From the human T2T-CHM13v2.0 reference genome, Homo sapiens: a DNA stretch of 64,000 nt. The notes under the pieces were generated by a model that was not told the DNA's origin, searched no databases, and saw nothing but the letters and a program-made list of their open reading frames with translations. Where the stretch lies: assembly GCF_009914755.1 (NCBI RefSeq), contig NC_060931.1; one strand, written 5' to 3'. This document shows, piece after piece, positions 25,790 to 39,160 of this stretch (position 1 is its first letter; each line of letters starts with the position of its first letter). The position numbers were made by a program, and so were the translations under genes.

Positions 25790-28700
25790 TCTGATGCCTC
25801 CTCCCCTAGCTCGTGGGCCACGTAGATAATGTCAGGGTACCCCATGCAGCTGGAGATGTTATTTTGGGGATAGTAGAAGAGGAAGATGAGGCACATCTCA
25901 TTAATGGTGCTGGGGCCTCCCTGGAGGAAACAGACAAAGATGGAGAGACAAAGATACAAAGGCATGCAGAGACAGGAGGACAAAGCAAACAGAAAATAGT
26001 TGAAGTGGTTATCTTACCAGTGATGCCATTCTCCTTTTCCCTTAAGGTAGAGCCAGCTCACTGCCCTATTTGCTGCTCTATTTTCATTGGTGGACAATTA
26101 TTGATGTTATTCCAAAAAGCATTCCATATATCTGCCCTGTCCTCAGCTTCACTGCCACTATCCTGATTTGGGCTAGACTATCTGCCTCTCAACTATTGTC
26201 AGTCACTCATCTGTTCTAATTGCAATCTGACCTCTGTAGAGCTACCAGACAAGTTGTTTACAATTTGTCTTGCATCCTGCCATTTGCCTGTTCTGAAACC
26301 TCCAGTGGCTTCCAGTCACTGGAATAGTCAGTCATCACTAAACCAATTATTTGATTCTATCTAATAAATTCCAACCCATTCATTCATTCCATTTACTTAC
26401 CTGGCAAATATTTATAGAGTTAGCCCTGCTGTCCTGGAGATATAGGTGGGTCAGGATCACCCCTGCTTCAAGGACTGTTTCCAACTTTATCTACCTCATC
26501 CTCATTCCATTCCTTTAGATATCTTTTGCCAACCAAACTTCTTCATGTGCACCCCACGCTCTCCTTATATATGGCTTTCTCAGTTTTTTCCTTCTCCAGA
26601 ATTCCCCATCTCTATGTGTCTAAAGAAGGACTCATTCACCTACGTCACATGTTCAGTTCACTGTAGTAGGATCTCATGATTCTTTCCTGTGAATTTCCCT
26701 AGTGGGTTATTCCCGTTCTTCTTGTATGGTATATATCACTTACTAACTTGTGATATAATCATTTGTAGGGCGGTATTTTTTCCTCAGTTGCCTGCAACAC
26801 CTTTTGAATCCCACAAGCACTGAACCACTCCTGATGCACAAAACGGGGGATTTTCTTGTGATCATAGAAACAATAGCCAACTTTAATTGAGAATCTACTA
26901 CAAGTCAGGCAATGATCTAGGTGTTTTGCATGTGTTAACCAACTCCCACAACAATCTTGTGAGGTAGAAAGTAGTATTAATCTTATGTGAATTGGGAAAC
27001 TGAGATACAAAAAAGTCAAATAACTTGTCTAAAGTTAGAAATGTACTAAATGATTGTGCTGATATTCAAACCCAGGCAATGAGGCCCCAGAATCTCTGCT
27101 CTTAGTCGCTATAGCATACTATATTTCCATGGTCTTGGTGGGTTATTGGCAGATAATGTGAGAAATCCCTGTTCCTATCTTAGATGCATGGGGTGTGAGA
27201 ACATGAAAAGCCCCGTGTGGATGTGTGATGCCATTGGAGGAAGGAAGGGGCTTCAGTGAAATCACAGGGGTCACTGGGTAGCCAAAGCCATGAGTGGGCT
27301 CTCCACTGGGGCTATGGTCATGGTGACCATGGTGGGGTGAGAGGTCACTTACAAATGTCATGGAGTCACGGTCCAGTGTCTGGTAGTGACATTCTACCAG
27401 CAATTCATCTCCCTGTTCAGAGTGAAACATGAAGGCTGAGAGTAAGACACAGAGGGACTGGTACAGCTTGAGAACTTTCTTGGTTGTCAGTAATGAGGTA
27501 TGATGCTGCTGCCCCCAACTCTGCCTGGCCTCCCTCAGACTCTCACCGGCTTGATCTCCACTCTAGAGGGCAAATCTCGAGTCTCCTGCAGGTTGAAGTC
27601 ATAGGAATCGTCTTTACAGATTTTTCGAAGTTGTGTTCCATTCCTAGAGGAAGAGAAGTCGGGAATTCAGAAATAAAGAGAAGATGAAATACAGAGGGGT
27701 CTGCCAATAAAGATGTAGCATGCGGGTGGGGTCATTCTGTGAGTAGATTATCCATAAAAATAAACAAAACACTTCATCTTCCACAGTCTTATTTCAGTTA
27801 TTTCTACTCTAAAGATAGTTCTACCTCTTCCTTTTTCTCAACCGGACATAATCGTATGCTACAGAATAAATCACTATTCTTAAAATTCATTCCCACCTGC
27901 AGAAGGGAGAGCTTCAAGGTCTTCCCTCACCTGTATTGCACTGCTTGCAGAGCCCGTCCAGCCAAGTGGGTGTGCAGCAGGTAGCCATACACCTGTATGT
28001 CAGGCATAGGAGCTCCATTCATCTGTAACAGGGAAGAGGTGCACCCGATTTGTTAAGGACTGTGTTCTTGACCTGCTGCTTGATTTTCCCCCCTTGGTAT
28101 TTGACACTTTCCTCTGATGACTGACATTTACCACTGTAATTCTTATTGAACCTTTCTGACCCTTCTTCCTTCTGCACTTCCCTTGTTCTCAAAGCCCTGA
28201 CTCCTTCCCTTCCTTGCAAAAGTCATGTTAGTGAATCTCCTGAGTACCAGGCTGTAATTATTCTCCAAGTCTGGGGTTCAGGCTGTGTGGGCTTGTGGAT
28301 CTGACCAGATCTGGGATGGGGGACAAGGAGAGTGTGTTTCCTCCTCAGGAAGGGTGCGCCTCCCAGCTCCACCTCCTCAAACTTCTCCGTCCTACACAGC
28401 CCATAGGACATGAAGGACTCAGCGCCCGGGGGGATGAAGTGGATGGGAAACGTGAAGAAGCCCAGCTGGAGGACATCCGTGTCGTATTTGCACAGCTGAG
28501 AAGTGTAGTACACGCGAATCCCCGAGGAATCATACACACCTGGTGCAGAGAGGAACAGTCAATCACAGGAGGCAGGAGAGTGGGTCACAATGTGGAGAGA
28601 AAGAGGCTCAGGAAAGCTGGGGTGGGGCTTTGACCACAGGGAGTCAGCACACATCCCACAATGCGTTCCCAATACCGAAAAAAACAGCCAGCCCCACCAG

Positions 28701-31700
28701 CTTCCCTTCCTTAAATCCTCTGGATGCTCACCAGGAAGGTTGTTAAAATTGCTGTAATGAATCTCCAGTCAGATCCACTGAGGGTCCAAGGGGGTCCCAA
28801 TAGAGACGCCTACGTCATCTGGAAACTGGTAGCTCTGTTGGAAGGAGTTAGATTTGGCAGCAAGAAGGGCTGGGAACCAGCCATAGGGATTCAGGGCTCC
28901 TGGCCTTGTTTTCTAATTGTCATCCCAGACTTCCCCTATCCCCTGGTCTTCCACCAGCCCAGTGATCTCATTACCCAACCACATGCACCCGCTTAGCCAT
29001 GTGTTTACCCCATCACGGGACTCACTGTGCCCCCGACAGCCGAGCCCACGATGACCTGTGAGCAAAGGGAGAAGGCAGGGTCGGCCCCATAGCAGTCGCT
29101 GATGCCTGTGGGGAGAACGCTAGCATTGCCACAGGCGTACACCAGGATGTGATGCACCGTTGTCTCATTGTGGTAGACCAACTTAGGCTCAAACTGGGCA
29201 GAAAAGGAGAGCAGAGCATGATCAAGACCTTCTACATCAAATCCATATTATCTTCCTTCCTGTCAAAACTATACCCATTTCCGTCTTCTCTCTGTTTCTC
29301 TCTCTCCCTTTTTCTCTGTTTTTGTTCCCCAAGCTACCATTTTCCCACCCAGTCAGTTTGACTCTCCTCTCAACTCCCCCCTCCTTTAAGCCCCTTCTGG
29401 AGAGCAGACATGAAATCTAGCCAGGGACATTCTGCCTTCCCTTAGTAACCTCCTCAGTTCACTGTATCTGAGCATGTAGCCATGCCTTTTCAAATTATCT
29501 GTCTAAAGAAAAAAAGTCTCCACATTTGCCACATATTGTGAGATCATACCTTTATTTATTTGATCAAAATTGAAATCACTCAAATATGAAATTGGGTTAC
29601 CAAGTTTGAGTTCATTCTAGCTAGACTTCTCCAACCTCCTGACAGCCCCTGGCCATATCCTCTCCCTGCCTTTACCTCCTCTTGGGCTAAGAGAGCACAA
29701 TTCTGGGGCCAGGTTGAGGCTCATACTTTGTTCTTTGCAAACAATTATTAATTCTTAACCTTCATCAACATGTCTGTTGCATTGTGGGGCTTAAATAAAA
29801 TAGCGCTGGGAGTTACATTTCTGGGCTCAGGAAATGATGTAGCTGCGACCTCTACCAAGCCCTGCCTGTCCCCCTGTTCTTGCAACTACTTCCTTCTTGC
29901 TTCCTCCAAGAAATTTTCCAGACCTCATCCTCCAGGGTTGACCACACCCCCTGCTCTGCTCCAGCACCCTTCCCTGCCTTGACAATGTCCCCCATCTGGT
30001 CCACCATACCTTGTAAATGTGATGCTTCTCGCTCACAATAGGGAGAGGAAGAAAGGTGCAGGCATACGTGGTGTCATCCTCTGGAATGAGGAACTGTGGA
30101 AGGGTGCACAGAAGCTGAGCCAGATGACAGTGAGGCTCTGAAAAAGTAGGGCAAGGGCCAGGCCAGGGAAGGGGGTTCACATTAGGGTCAGATTGGCAGT
30201 CCTTAGGAGACAGAGAAGAGTCAGAGTAATCTCCACCCAAGGGATATACTGAATACTGGGGGCAAGAGAAGGGATCTGGGTTGAGTGGGGTGAGGAGAAG
30301 GGAGCTGGAGGCTGCTGGGTGGGATGAAGGTGTCTTACATTAGTGATCTCCAAGTCATGGATGATGGTGTCCTCAGGGACATCCAGATCGTCAGGGTGGA
30401 CGACTTGTAGCAGAAAGATGGACTTGACAAAAGTACGCTCCCGATACAGCTTCAGAGTGTCATCCAGGCCATAGGCGGCCAGCACCCTCACGGTGTTGCT
30501 CTGCGGGGTGCCATAAGCATTGAGGAGCTGCCACCCCTGAGCAGCACTCTGCATATCCCTGCACCCAAGGACCTACACAAGGCACTTGCTCATGTCTACA
30601 TGGTGGAATGGAAGGAACTTCACACTGGGAGTGAGAACTAGTTAAGTTCTATTTCTGCCTCCGAGGCTCACTTGCTGGTGATCTTGAGCAAGTCACACTC
30701 CCTCTCGCATGCCCTCTCTAAGCTTGTGTCCACATCTGTAAAATGAAAGGACTGAATTAAACTCTTATATCCTAACACTCTAAAGGTCAGCGAAACTGGG
30801 CAGAATTCTTCAAAAGGAGAACCCTGGGGCAGGTGGGCAGGAGGTGAATCAGTGGGAGGTCACCCTGCGGAAGGCTTGTGGATTTCAGCAGGTGGCACAA
30901 TTGGAGCATTTCCTGGGAAGGCTGAGAGGAATAGAAGTCCTGGGAATGATGACTAGCTGCCTGACTGGGGGCAACTACCTCTCCAGAAGGAAAACCTGCT
31001 TGTGATTAAATGCTTTTCTCTGCTCTCTATTTTACCGTAATATCCAGGTCATGAGGGTCGCAGGAGCGGAAGGGCCTGGAAAAGTGCATGGTGGTGTAGA
31101 CAGCATCTTCCGTCAGGCCCAGCAGCTCAGCATCCTGGCTCCCATCCTCCTTCAGAGTGTCTTCCTCCACCAAGTGCTGATCCTTGGGTCCAGTGAAGGT
31201 CAAGAAGTAAGAACTAGGAGCTTCAAATGTCATGCTTTGGAGCAGTAGCTGTTCCTTTAGCTCCCCTAGGATACTAGAGTAGCAGAGCCCAGGTGTTCTT
31301 TATTATGTAGTTTTTCTCCTTGGGCAAAGCATGGCATGAAGAACATGGCAGAGCACACTTTTATGGATAATGGAGTTTCACCACCTGTCCTTGCTTTACT
31401 TCTCCCATTTCAAATCTCATGTCCATAAAGTCTAATATTCCTGCATCCCTAATACTTGAAGTCTCACATATTATCTGAAGTATGTATGACATTCATTCTC
31501 TCATGTGGCTCTTCATGTAACTATTTCTCAGACAGCTTTGAATTTTCCCCAGTGACCTGCAGTTAGTGGGCTTTAGCAAGTAAGTGGTGCAAGACTATCT
31601 CACAATCTAATGGTTTCATTCTCTCAGCAGTCTTTAGAGACTTGCAGTCTGGAAGACATAGATTTCAAACTCTACAATGGACCATTTCTGGAGGGACACA

Positions 31701-32117
31701 CCAGCATTCAGCTGGCATTCTGGGAGTGTGTTTAGATATCCTCGGGGAATGTGAATCCTTTCTGGACAGAAACCATCCTCAACCCAACAAAGACCCTCAT
31801 CCTTGGAAGCAAGTCACCCTCACACTTACCGAGAAATAGACATTGCCATTAGGCAAGACTCCTCCAACAACCAGATCACTTCCCACGTTGGTGTAGCGAT
31901 TTGTGACACCGAAGCCCACCCAGCCAGCTGTACGGACCTGGAGCTCAAAACTGATGATTTCAGCCTCAAGGTCAAAGTCCCAACGCAGGAAAATGACATT
32001 AGAAGGATCTAGGAACCTGGAATAGCGCAGGCGAGATGTGGGGCCAAGGCGGTTGCTTTGTAAGGGGACTCCCAGGGCCAAAAGTGGAAAAAGCCTGAAG
32101 AGAAGGTCATGGGCCAT
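25790..32117 (-). pseudogene. MOXD2P: Monooxygenase DBH-like 2 pseudogene (DOMON + copper type II ascorbate-dependent monooxygenase), 11 exons
   Basis: All GT-AG, phase-consistent exons: 32117-31830 (ATG in GCCATGG; signal peptide + DOMON), 31182-31036, 30500-30339, 30093-30010, 29193-29026 (VHHILVY), 28834-28732 (in-frame TGA 28771-28769; EIHY), 28539-28373, 28022-27931 (LLHTH), 27643-27547, 27412-27353, 25920-25790 (NEMCL). Total 1499 nt, ending on a donor with no downstream coding exon found. Confidence 0.95.
26860..27115 (-). mobile_element. MIR in MOXD2P intron 10
   Basis: MIR core 'cacaacaatcttgtgaggtag...gggaaactgagatacaaaaaagtcaaataacttgtctaaagtt...ttcaaacccaggca'. Confidence 0.75.
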
Positions 32118-32172
32118 GGCTCCTGGGACCTGGAGCATCTCCCTTGCAGATGAACATTCGAGAGCTTCAGAG

Positions 32173-32179
32173 TTTTATG
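32173..32179 (-). promoter_or_regulatory. TATA-like CATAAAA upstream of MOXD2P start
   Basis: Minus-strand CATAAAA 56 nt upstream of the Kozak ATG at 32117; positional inference only. Confidence 0.35.
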
Positions 32180-34434
32180 TCCTACCTGGGCCAGGCACCA
32201 TGCCATGGGGGAGGGCCAGGCTGGGGCACTTCTGATCTGATTATCCTCCGGGTTCAGAGCGATGCCCCTTACATAACTCTGGAGGTGAGAGATGCCCAGA
32301 GAGGATACAGGGCAGGTTGCTTTCACTCTGAAGCAGGGGCCTGGCAGAAAATTCTTAGGATTGAATCATTTAGACTTTCCACCCTGACCCCATGCCAGCG
32401 TCCTGCCAGTGGGGACCCTGCAGAATCAAGAAAGTTTAGTTTCTTTTTCTCCCCCTCCCTTCCTGCCCACCTCTTCCATCTTCTATCCTGGGATGTCTTT
32501 ACAGGACATTCTGCCTCTGGACTATGCCCCCACCCCACTTTTTGTGGGCATTTCCCATTTTGTCTATGTATAGAACTTCGGTACTAGCAAGGATGTGGGA
32601 CTGCTTGTAAACCTAGTCTTTCAATTTCCCAGTGCAGTGCAGGAAGGAGGGAAGTAGCTGGCAAGGACCGGAGGGAAGGCTGCAATTTCCATCTGCTAGA
32701 GGAGGCTTTGCTACTAATCCCTAGAAGGACACTGAGAGGAGGGATATCAGCTTCTCAGATGGTTGAGTCGGGCAGCTTTGGTTTTCTGCACACTCCTGGG
32801 GAGGAGCAGGAAGAGGGAGGAGGTGAGGGGAAGAAGATGAGAAATAAACATGAGTTTGCCTTTGGGATGCTTTGTGCTTTCCCTTCCGGCCATCAATTAC
32901 CTTTCAGAGAAATTAACTTAATGGCTGCATGGCAGGCTGAGCTTGCCCGATTGAGCACATTAGTATTATGCAAACAATGGAAGCAACACAGAAGGAAGGT
33001 TAGAATATTAGAACACCAGAATAGAAAAGAACTTTAGAGCCACTTAGTTTTCCAAAAATTTCTATCTCCTTAATTTCTAGATGATGAAATGGGAGCTCCA
33101 AAGGGTAACAAGAGTGGTGCTTGATGCCCCGTTGAGTCAATGGTGGGTCATGGTCCCTGACCATAATTTCCTTAGGTCACAGACACCCTACAGGTACCAG
33201 ACCCCTGCCATGCATTTCCACATGGCTTGTCCTGGTGGAAGAATCTAGTGACATTTGTTGGCTGTTTCTTAGGGAAGAAACCAAAGTCTGACTCTAACTC
33301 CACAGTATTTTCCCCCTGGTGACTGACACAGCTGACCTAGAGCTAGAAGTCAACTCATCTGACCCCTGGTTGCTGGCTCTCCATTTGACAATGGAGAGGA
33401 CATGGACCCTGAGGGCCTCTCCCACACAGACTGGGCCTCACCTCTCCACAGAGGAATTCAGCTCAGGAGTAGATGTACAGATGCCGGCACGATCTGCTTA
33501 CAGCTTCTCATTGCAGGCATAGTCTTTTTTTTTTTTTTTTTTTTTGGCTACTGAGCTCATCAAAGCTGGTGAGGACCCAGCTAAGGTTGTTTGCTGCTGC
33601 TGTGAGCTCTTGAGTAGTAATTGGGGTGTGGTGAGGGAGAAAACAAATGCCTCAAGGGGGCAGCCACAGCCCCTAACTCTAGGCCTGACAGAGAAGGCAG
33701 GGAGCTCGGCAGCCATCTGGAAGCAAGAGGCTTATCTTGGCCCAGGACCAGAGCTGAGCCAAGAGAAGAGGAGAGGTCGGAGCCTGGGAGGCACTGACCT
33801 TGAGGAGCAGTAACACCAGAGAGAGAGAGAGATAACAGGTGCGTGGAGACATTCTGATCCCAATCTCACTTAAGGATTAAGGGAGGGGGCAGTAGGGAGA
33901 CAGGATAGCCAGTCTTGTAAATTGAGACAGGCCCAGGATCCCTTATCCTGCAATCTGTCCTGCTGGACAGAGCACTGTCCTCAGCACAGAGGCAAGGTCC
34001 TCAATAAAGAGCTGGGAGCAGTGACTGCAGACTCAGAGGGTCTCTTCTCCTGGATCCTTATCTGGCTTCCACCCCAGGAAGCCAGGCCATTGCTACACCT
34101 GTGTGGGGCTCTCTAGGGAGATGGGGCTGGGGCTGGCCCTGCTTCCCTTCTGCATTTATCAAGTGCCTGTGACAGGGAAGACACCACAAGAGGGTCACCG
34201 ACCCGAGGGCAGTGCAGTCCCAGGTCTTGAAATAGTGAAGTTCAGTTTCTAAACCCCTCTGTGCCTCCTTCTCGCTCTCTGTAAAATGCTGCGGTTGGAG
34301 AGATGGTGGATACAGGGCCTTTTAAGTTGAATTTCCCAGATGATTGGTTTCCAAGCTTTCTGAAAAATGAGGCCCCTTATCAATGTTGAAAAATAGGTAA
34401 ATCTCATTCTTTTTTATGACTGAACTTAAAGAAT

Positions 34435-34800
<366 letters not shown>

Positions 34801-35285
34801 TTCTGAGAATTTAAGCTTTTAATCTCAGTTGAGTACTAAGTGAATGGTAATTAAAGACTAAAATTACTACCAGTTGTCATATTTTAATTGAATTTAAAAT
34901 TTACCATTGCAATCATAGAAGTCAACTCTTATTGAAAGCTTAGTCTGTGCCAAGCTCTATTCTAAAATGTATTGACCCTAAATACATTTAGATAATGTAT
35001 ACATTATCTAAAATGTAATAAAAAAATAATAATTTTTGTTATTATTTCCATCCTATGGATGAAGCTGCTGAAACCCAAGGTCCCACTACTGGGTGGTGGC
35101 AACACTATGAGCTGTTGGGAAAATATAACTAAATCTATTATTAAGTTTAAGTAAAATAATTGAATATTATATAATTATATGAATTAATCAAATATAATTA
35201 AATATATTTCATAAATAAATATTATTAGAAATAATTCAAGGAGAAAAAAAATCCCCCAACCCAGAAAACCTCTCTACAAAGGTAG

Positions 35286-35832
<547 letters not shown>

Positions 35833-37213
35833 GGGAGTAGCTATTTGTCCTCACTCAAAATAACATATTCTGAATTTGGATTTTCTTTCCCCTGTCACCG
35901 TTACTGTCCTAGCATCACATTCCTTGGATTCTCTGAATGCCTTATTGCATTCCACACAAAAATGATGTATTCTCCAACAAAGGAGGTCACCTCACAGTGC
36001 TAGTGGAGTCTTATGGATAGTGCTAATGCTTATGGAATCCAGTGGCCTTGCCATGTTTCACCACCTAGGATCAGCTGGCCTTATACAATATCACTACGAC
36101 CTATTGAAATCTTAGGACCAGCTCAAGTTGGGAGACATCTTTAGAGGCTAAGGTGCTCCTCTGAAAAATGGTCTCCAAACCATTTTCCTCTCCAAACTAA
36201 AATTTCAGTTAATAAAATATGTGCAAATGAAGCTGTCACAGTTGCACTTAATAATTCGCACTCCCAATTTAGCTTCTCAATACTGCAAGCTAGGCGTTAC
36301 TGATTTAGGGGTTTTAGAGCCCTGGATAGATGAAGTTTTCCTACTAGAACTTCTGCTTCCTGAGGGGGTTCTCTTCTTCCCTAGCTGGGCTGAAAGACTC
36401 CAGTAGTCCACTTGTAGCAGCCACAGGCTGAACTCTCTAAAATCTGTTCTTGTTTTTGTTTTTTTAAATACTCAGTCAACTGGCCAAAAAAACACCTCTC
36501 CACTTAAAACTATCAATTAAAACTCTCAGGGGGTAACAGACTGCAGGGTGAAGTGAAGAGAGAAGGAAGGAAGAGAGGAAAATACTATAGAGTGAGAAAG
36601 TGGAGTTCCTGGGCAACTAGCTTTATATAAAAGGCAAGTATGTACTAGGAAAATCTGTCATTGATTTCCCGTTTATCTGCTGTGCCATAAACCTCAGTTA
36701 ACTTTTATAGTAACTCCTCATGTCTCCAGTAAACACTCAGAATCCTGCAACATGAATGACCAGAATCCATCGATGGCATTGAGAGTTGCATGGGCAAGGA
36801 GAAGCTAAGTGTAACACCTCCCTCTCACCTTTGCCCTCCCCTCCCCTCTCACCTTTGCCCTTCTATATAGATCCCTCTTTATTAGACTTCCTTTTTTCAA
36901 TCAGCATAGTAATGTGCCAAAATCACACATTGTCTAATTTGGTGCATGTAGTAAAGGGTTTTGTACCCCAAATGGCTGTGGAGTGGCCTTTATTTTATGT
37001 CAGTTACCAATTCGTTAGAGAGAACATAATTCCCACTTCATAAACTTCAATTATCTGAGGAATTTTGGGTTTTCCATCCTTATCTAGACGGCAAGAAGGG
37101 TTGTTATGAATAATCACAGTGAAGATATGTACAAGTAAAACTGCTCAAGCACCCACTCTGTTTAGCAGAATTGAGACAGGTATGCATGGGGCAATGTGAG
37201 GAGTTAATTTATA

Positions 37214-37219
37214 TTTAAT
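37214..37219 (-). terminator. Candidate PRSS58 polyadenylation signal ATTAAA
   Basis: Minus-strand ATTAAA about 55 nt after the PRSS58 stop. Confidence 0.55.
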
Positions 37220-37274
37220 TCTAAAGGTGAACGATGGGGACAAGCTGTGTCATATGGTCCACAACTGCCACAGC

Positions 37275-37424
37275 TCAGTTATTTTGGATTACATTTTCAA
37301 TCCAGGGTATATAGTAAAAAATTTTGGCATAGATGCCAACATCGGCTCTCAAAACACATCCATCCGCAAAAGACAGGATTCCTTGAAGCATCCCATTGCA
37401 GATTGCCGGGGCAGCAGAAACTTC
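37275..37424 (-). CDS. PRSS58: Serine protease 58, coding exon 5
   Basis: cag|GAA; [49 protein letters not shown]; 150 nt. Confidence 0.95.
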   Translation of the reverse strand, partial: EVSAAPAICNGMLQGILSFADGCVLRADVGIYAKIFYYIPWIENVIQNN

Positions 37425-37525
37425 CTGCCAGGAAAACAATAATAACAACAACAAAAAAGCAGATTATCTTTCTGGCAAGACAGAAGGAAGAAAATGGGAA
37501 AATTAATGGATGAAGAGTATTTTAC

Positions 37526-37665
37526 CTTGCAGGGCTGCCTCCTTCCTGGCACAATGCCCACACACAGCATATTTTCCGTGATGTTGTAGGTTTTATAGGC
37601 ATCGCGACACTGAGGCTTGGAGATTACAGAGATGTTCACAGTTTGCAGTGAATCGGGCTCTTTGT
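37526..37665 (-). CDS. PRSS58: Serine protease 58, coding exon 4
   Basis: tag|AC..AAG|gtaaaa; (Y)[46 protein letters not shown]; 140 nt. Confidence 0.95.
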
Positions 37666-37958
37666 CTAAAGAAAAGATAGAAGTCAAACTTCCTTAAGAG
37701 TTTTGTTAGGTATTAAAACTTCTTTTAAAAAACTTTTCTTCTTCTACCATCAGAAATTAAAAGAGATCAAACATTCAGAGAAGTCAGAACTGTGGCAGTT
37801 AGGACAACGAGGGTATAGGAGATGATCAGATTAACAATTTCTTATGATGCAGAATCGGTGACCTTATAAAAGTGATCAAATTCTTGGGAGTTACATGTAC
37901 ATGTGAGACACTCCAGGAATGAAATGAAACACTTTGTTTTAAACTTTTCTGGAAATTT

Positions 37959-38247
37959 GGCTGGGCACAGTGGCTCACGCCTGTAATCCCAGCACTTTGG
38001 TAGGCCAGGATGGGTGGATCACCTGAGGTCAGGAGTTCGAGACCAGCTTGGCCAACATGGTGAAACCCTGTCTCTACTAAAAATAGAAAAATTAGCTGGG
38101 CGTGGTGATGAGTGCCTGTAATGCCAGCTACTTGGGAGGCAGGAGAATTGCTTGAACTCAAGAAGCGGAGGTTGCTATGAGCCGAGACTGCGCCACTGCA
38201 CTCCAGCCTGGGTGACAAGAGTGAGACTCCATCTCAAAAAAACCCAA
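37959..38247 (+). mobile_element. AluSx-like element with 18-bp target-site duplication
   Basis: TSD AAACTTTTCTGGAAATTT at 37941-37958 and 38248-38265; lies in a PRSS58 intron. Confidence 0.95.
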
Positions 38248-38559
38248 AAACTTTTCTGGAAATTTAAACATTCAAAGGGTTTCTTTTGAGATGTAATTTT
38301 TAGAGTTTGAATGAATTTACAGATATCTGGCCTACTTTCTCAATTGTCAGGTCAAAACAAAACCGAGTATCTGCACAAAAAAGTCACTGAAAAAGCAGTT
38401 TTCTTAAACATATAAAGCTAGTAAATGGTAAAGCTAAGATTTAAAACTGGATTTCCTGGTTCCTAATTAAAGTTCTTTTCTTTGTATCAATAGTCCACAA
38501 ATACTGTGAATTGTGCACACTTGTAACAAAATTTGTCCAATCTGAAACAAAATGAGAAA

Positions 38560-39160
38560 AACAACAAAGTAGTATGAACACATGTGGCATGTGTTCTTTC
38601 CACGGACGTTTCTTTGGGAAGAAGTACTGTATTTTAAGATTTTGGTTTTTTTAATAATGGAAGAGTATGTTTAATGTTTTTATTTGAAAATAATGTATTA
38701 GTTCTTGAAAATAAAATGTATAAGATCCTTCACTTTATTTTCCAAGCAATAATTTCATGGCTAAACATTTCTTTTGGGAATACTTCTGTAGGAAATGCTT
38801 ACTTAACTACTTGATGACCCAGATCAAAATAAGATGCATTTTTTTTGAAGTCATATCTCGTTTTGAACCTTATGCCATAACCCAGATGAATCAAACATAC
38901 TGCTCACAGAAGGACATTTGGCTCTTTCCAAAAATCAAATTGACTCTCAGAGGACAAATAATTTCTACTTATTGATATATTCAAGAAAATGTGCTCTAAA
39001 TCTGAAGGTATTTACTAAGGATTAGTTTTAAAAGGCTTGAATCATGGCAACAATGATAGAATAAGTGTACATCTGCCCATTGGTTTCTATAAAAAGAAAG
39101 TAGTGATGGATAGATGAATGTAATCTGACAAGTTTGTTTCAAATAAATCTCCTTTTCATA
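38560..39160 (+). mobile_element. Ancient mariner remnant (MARNA-like)
   Basis: 'gacatttggctctttccaaaaatcaaattgactctcagaggac...gatatattcaagaaaatgtgc...aataagtgta' resembles recalled mariner-derived MARNA. Confidence 0.6.

Noticed and set aside
28769-28771. Selenocysteine or programmed readthrough at the MOXD2P TGA (and at 54885-54887)
   Set aside because: Both positions fit Arg CGA>TGA transitions, not Cys sites; no SECIS was recognised and neither has the TGA-CTAG context.
32118-32138. Upstream ATG (MLQVPGA) as the MOXD2P start
   Set aside because: The ATG at 32117 has a strong Kozak context and begins the signal peptide like recalled orthologues; the upstream one cannot be excluded but is less supported.
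33524-33813. Processed retrocopy suggested by the poly-T run
   Set aside because: No polyadenylation signal, TSD or recognisable parent ORF.
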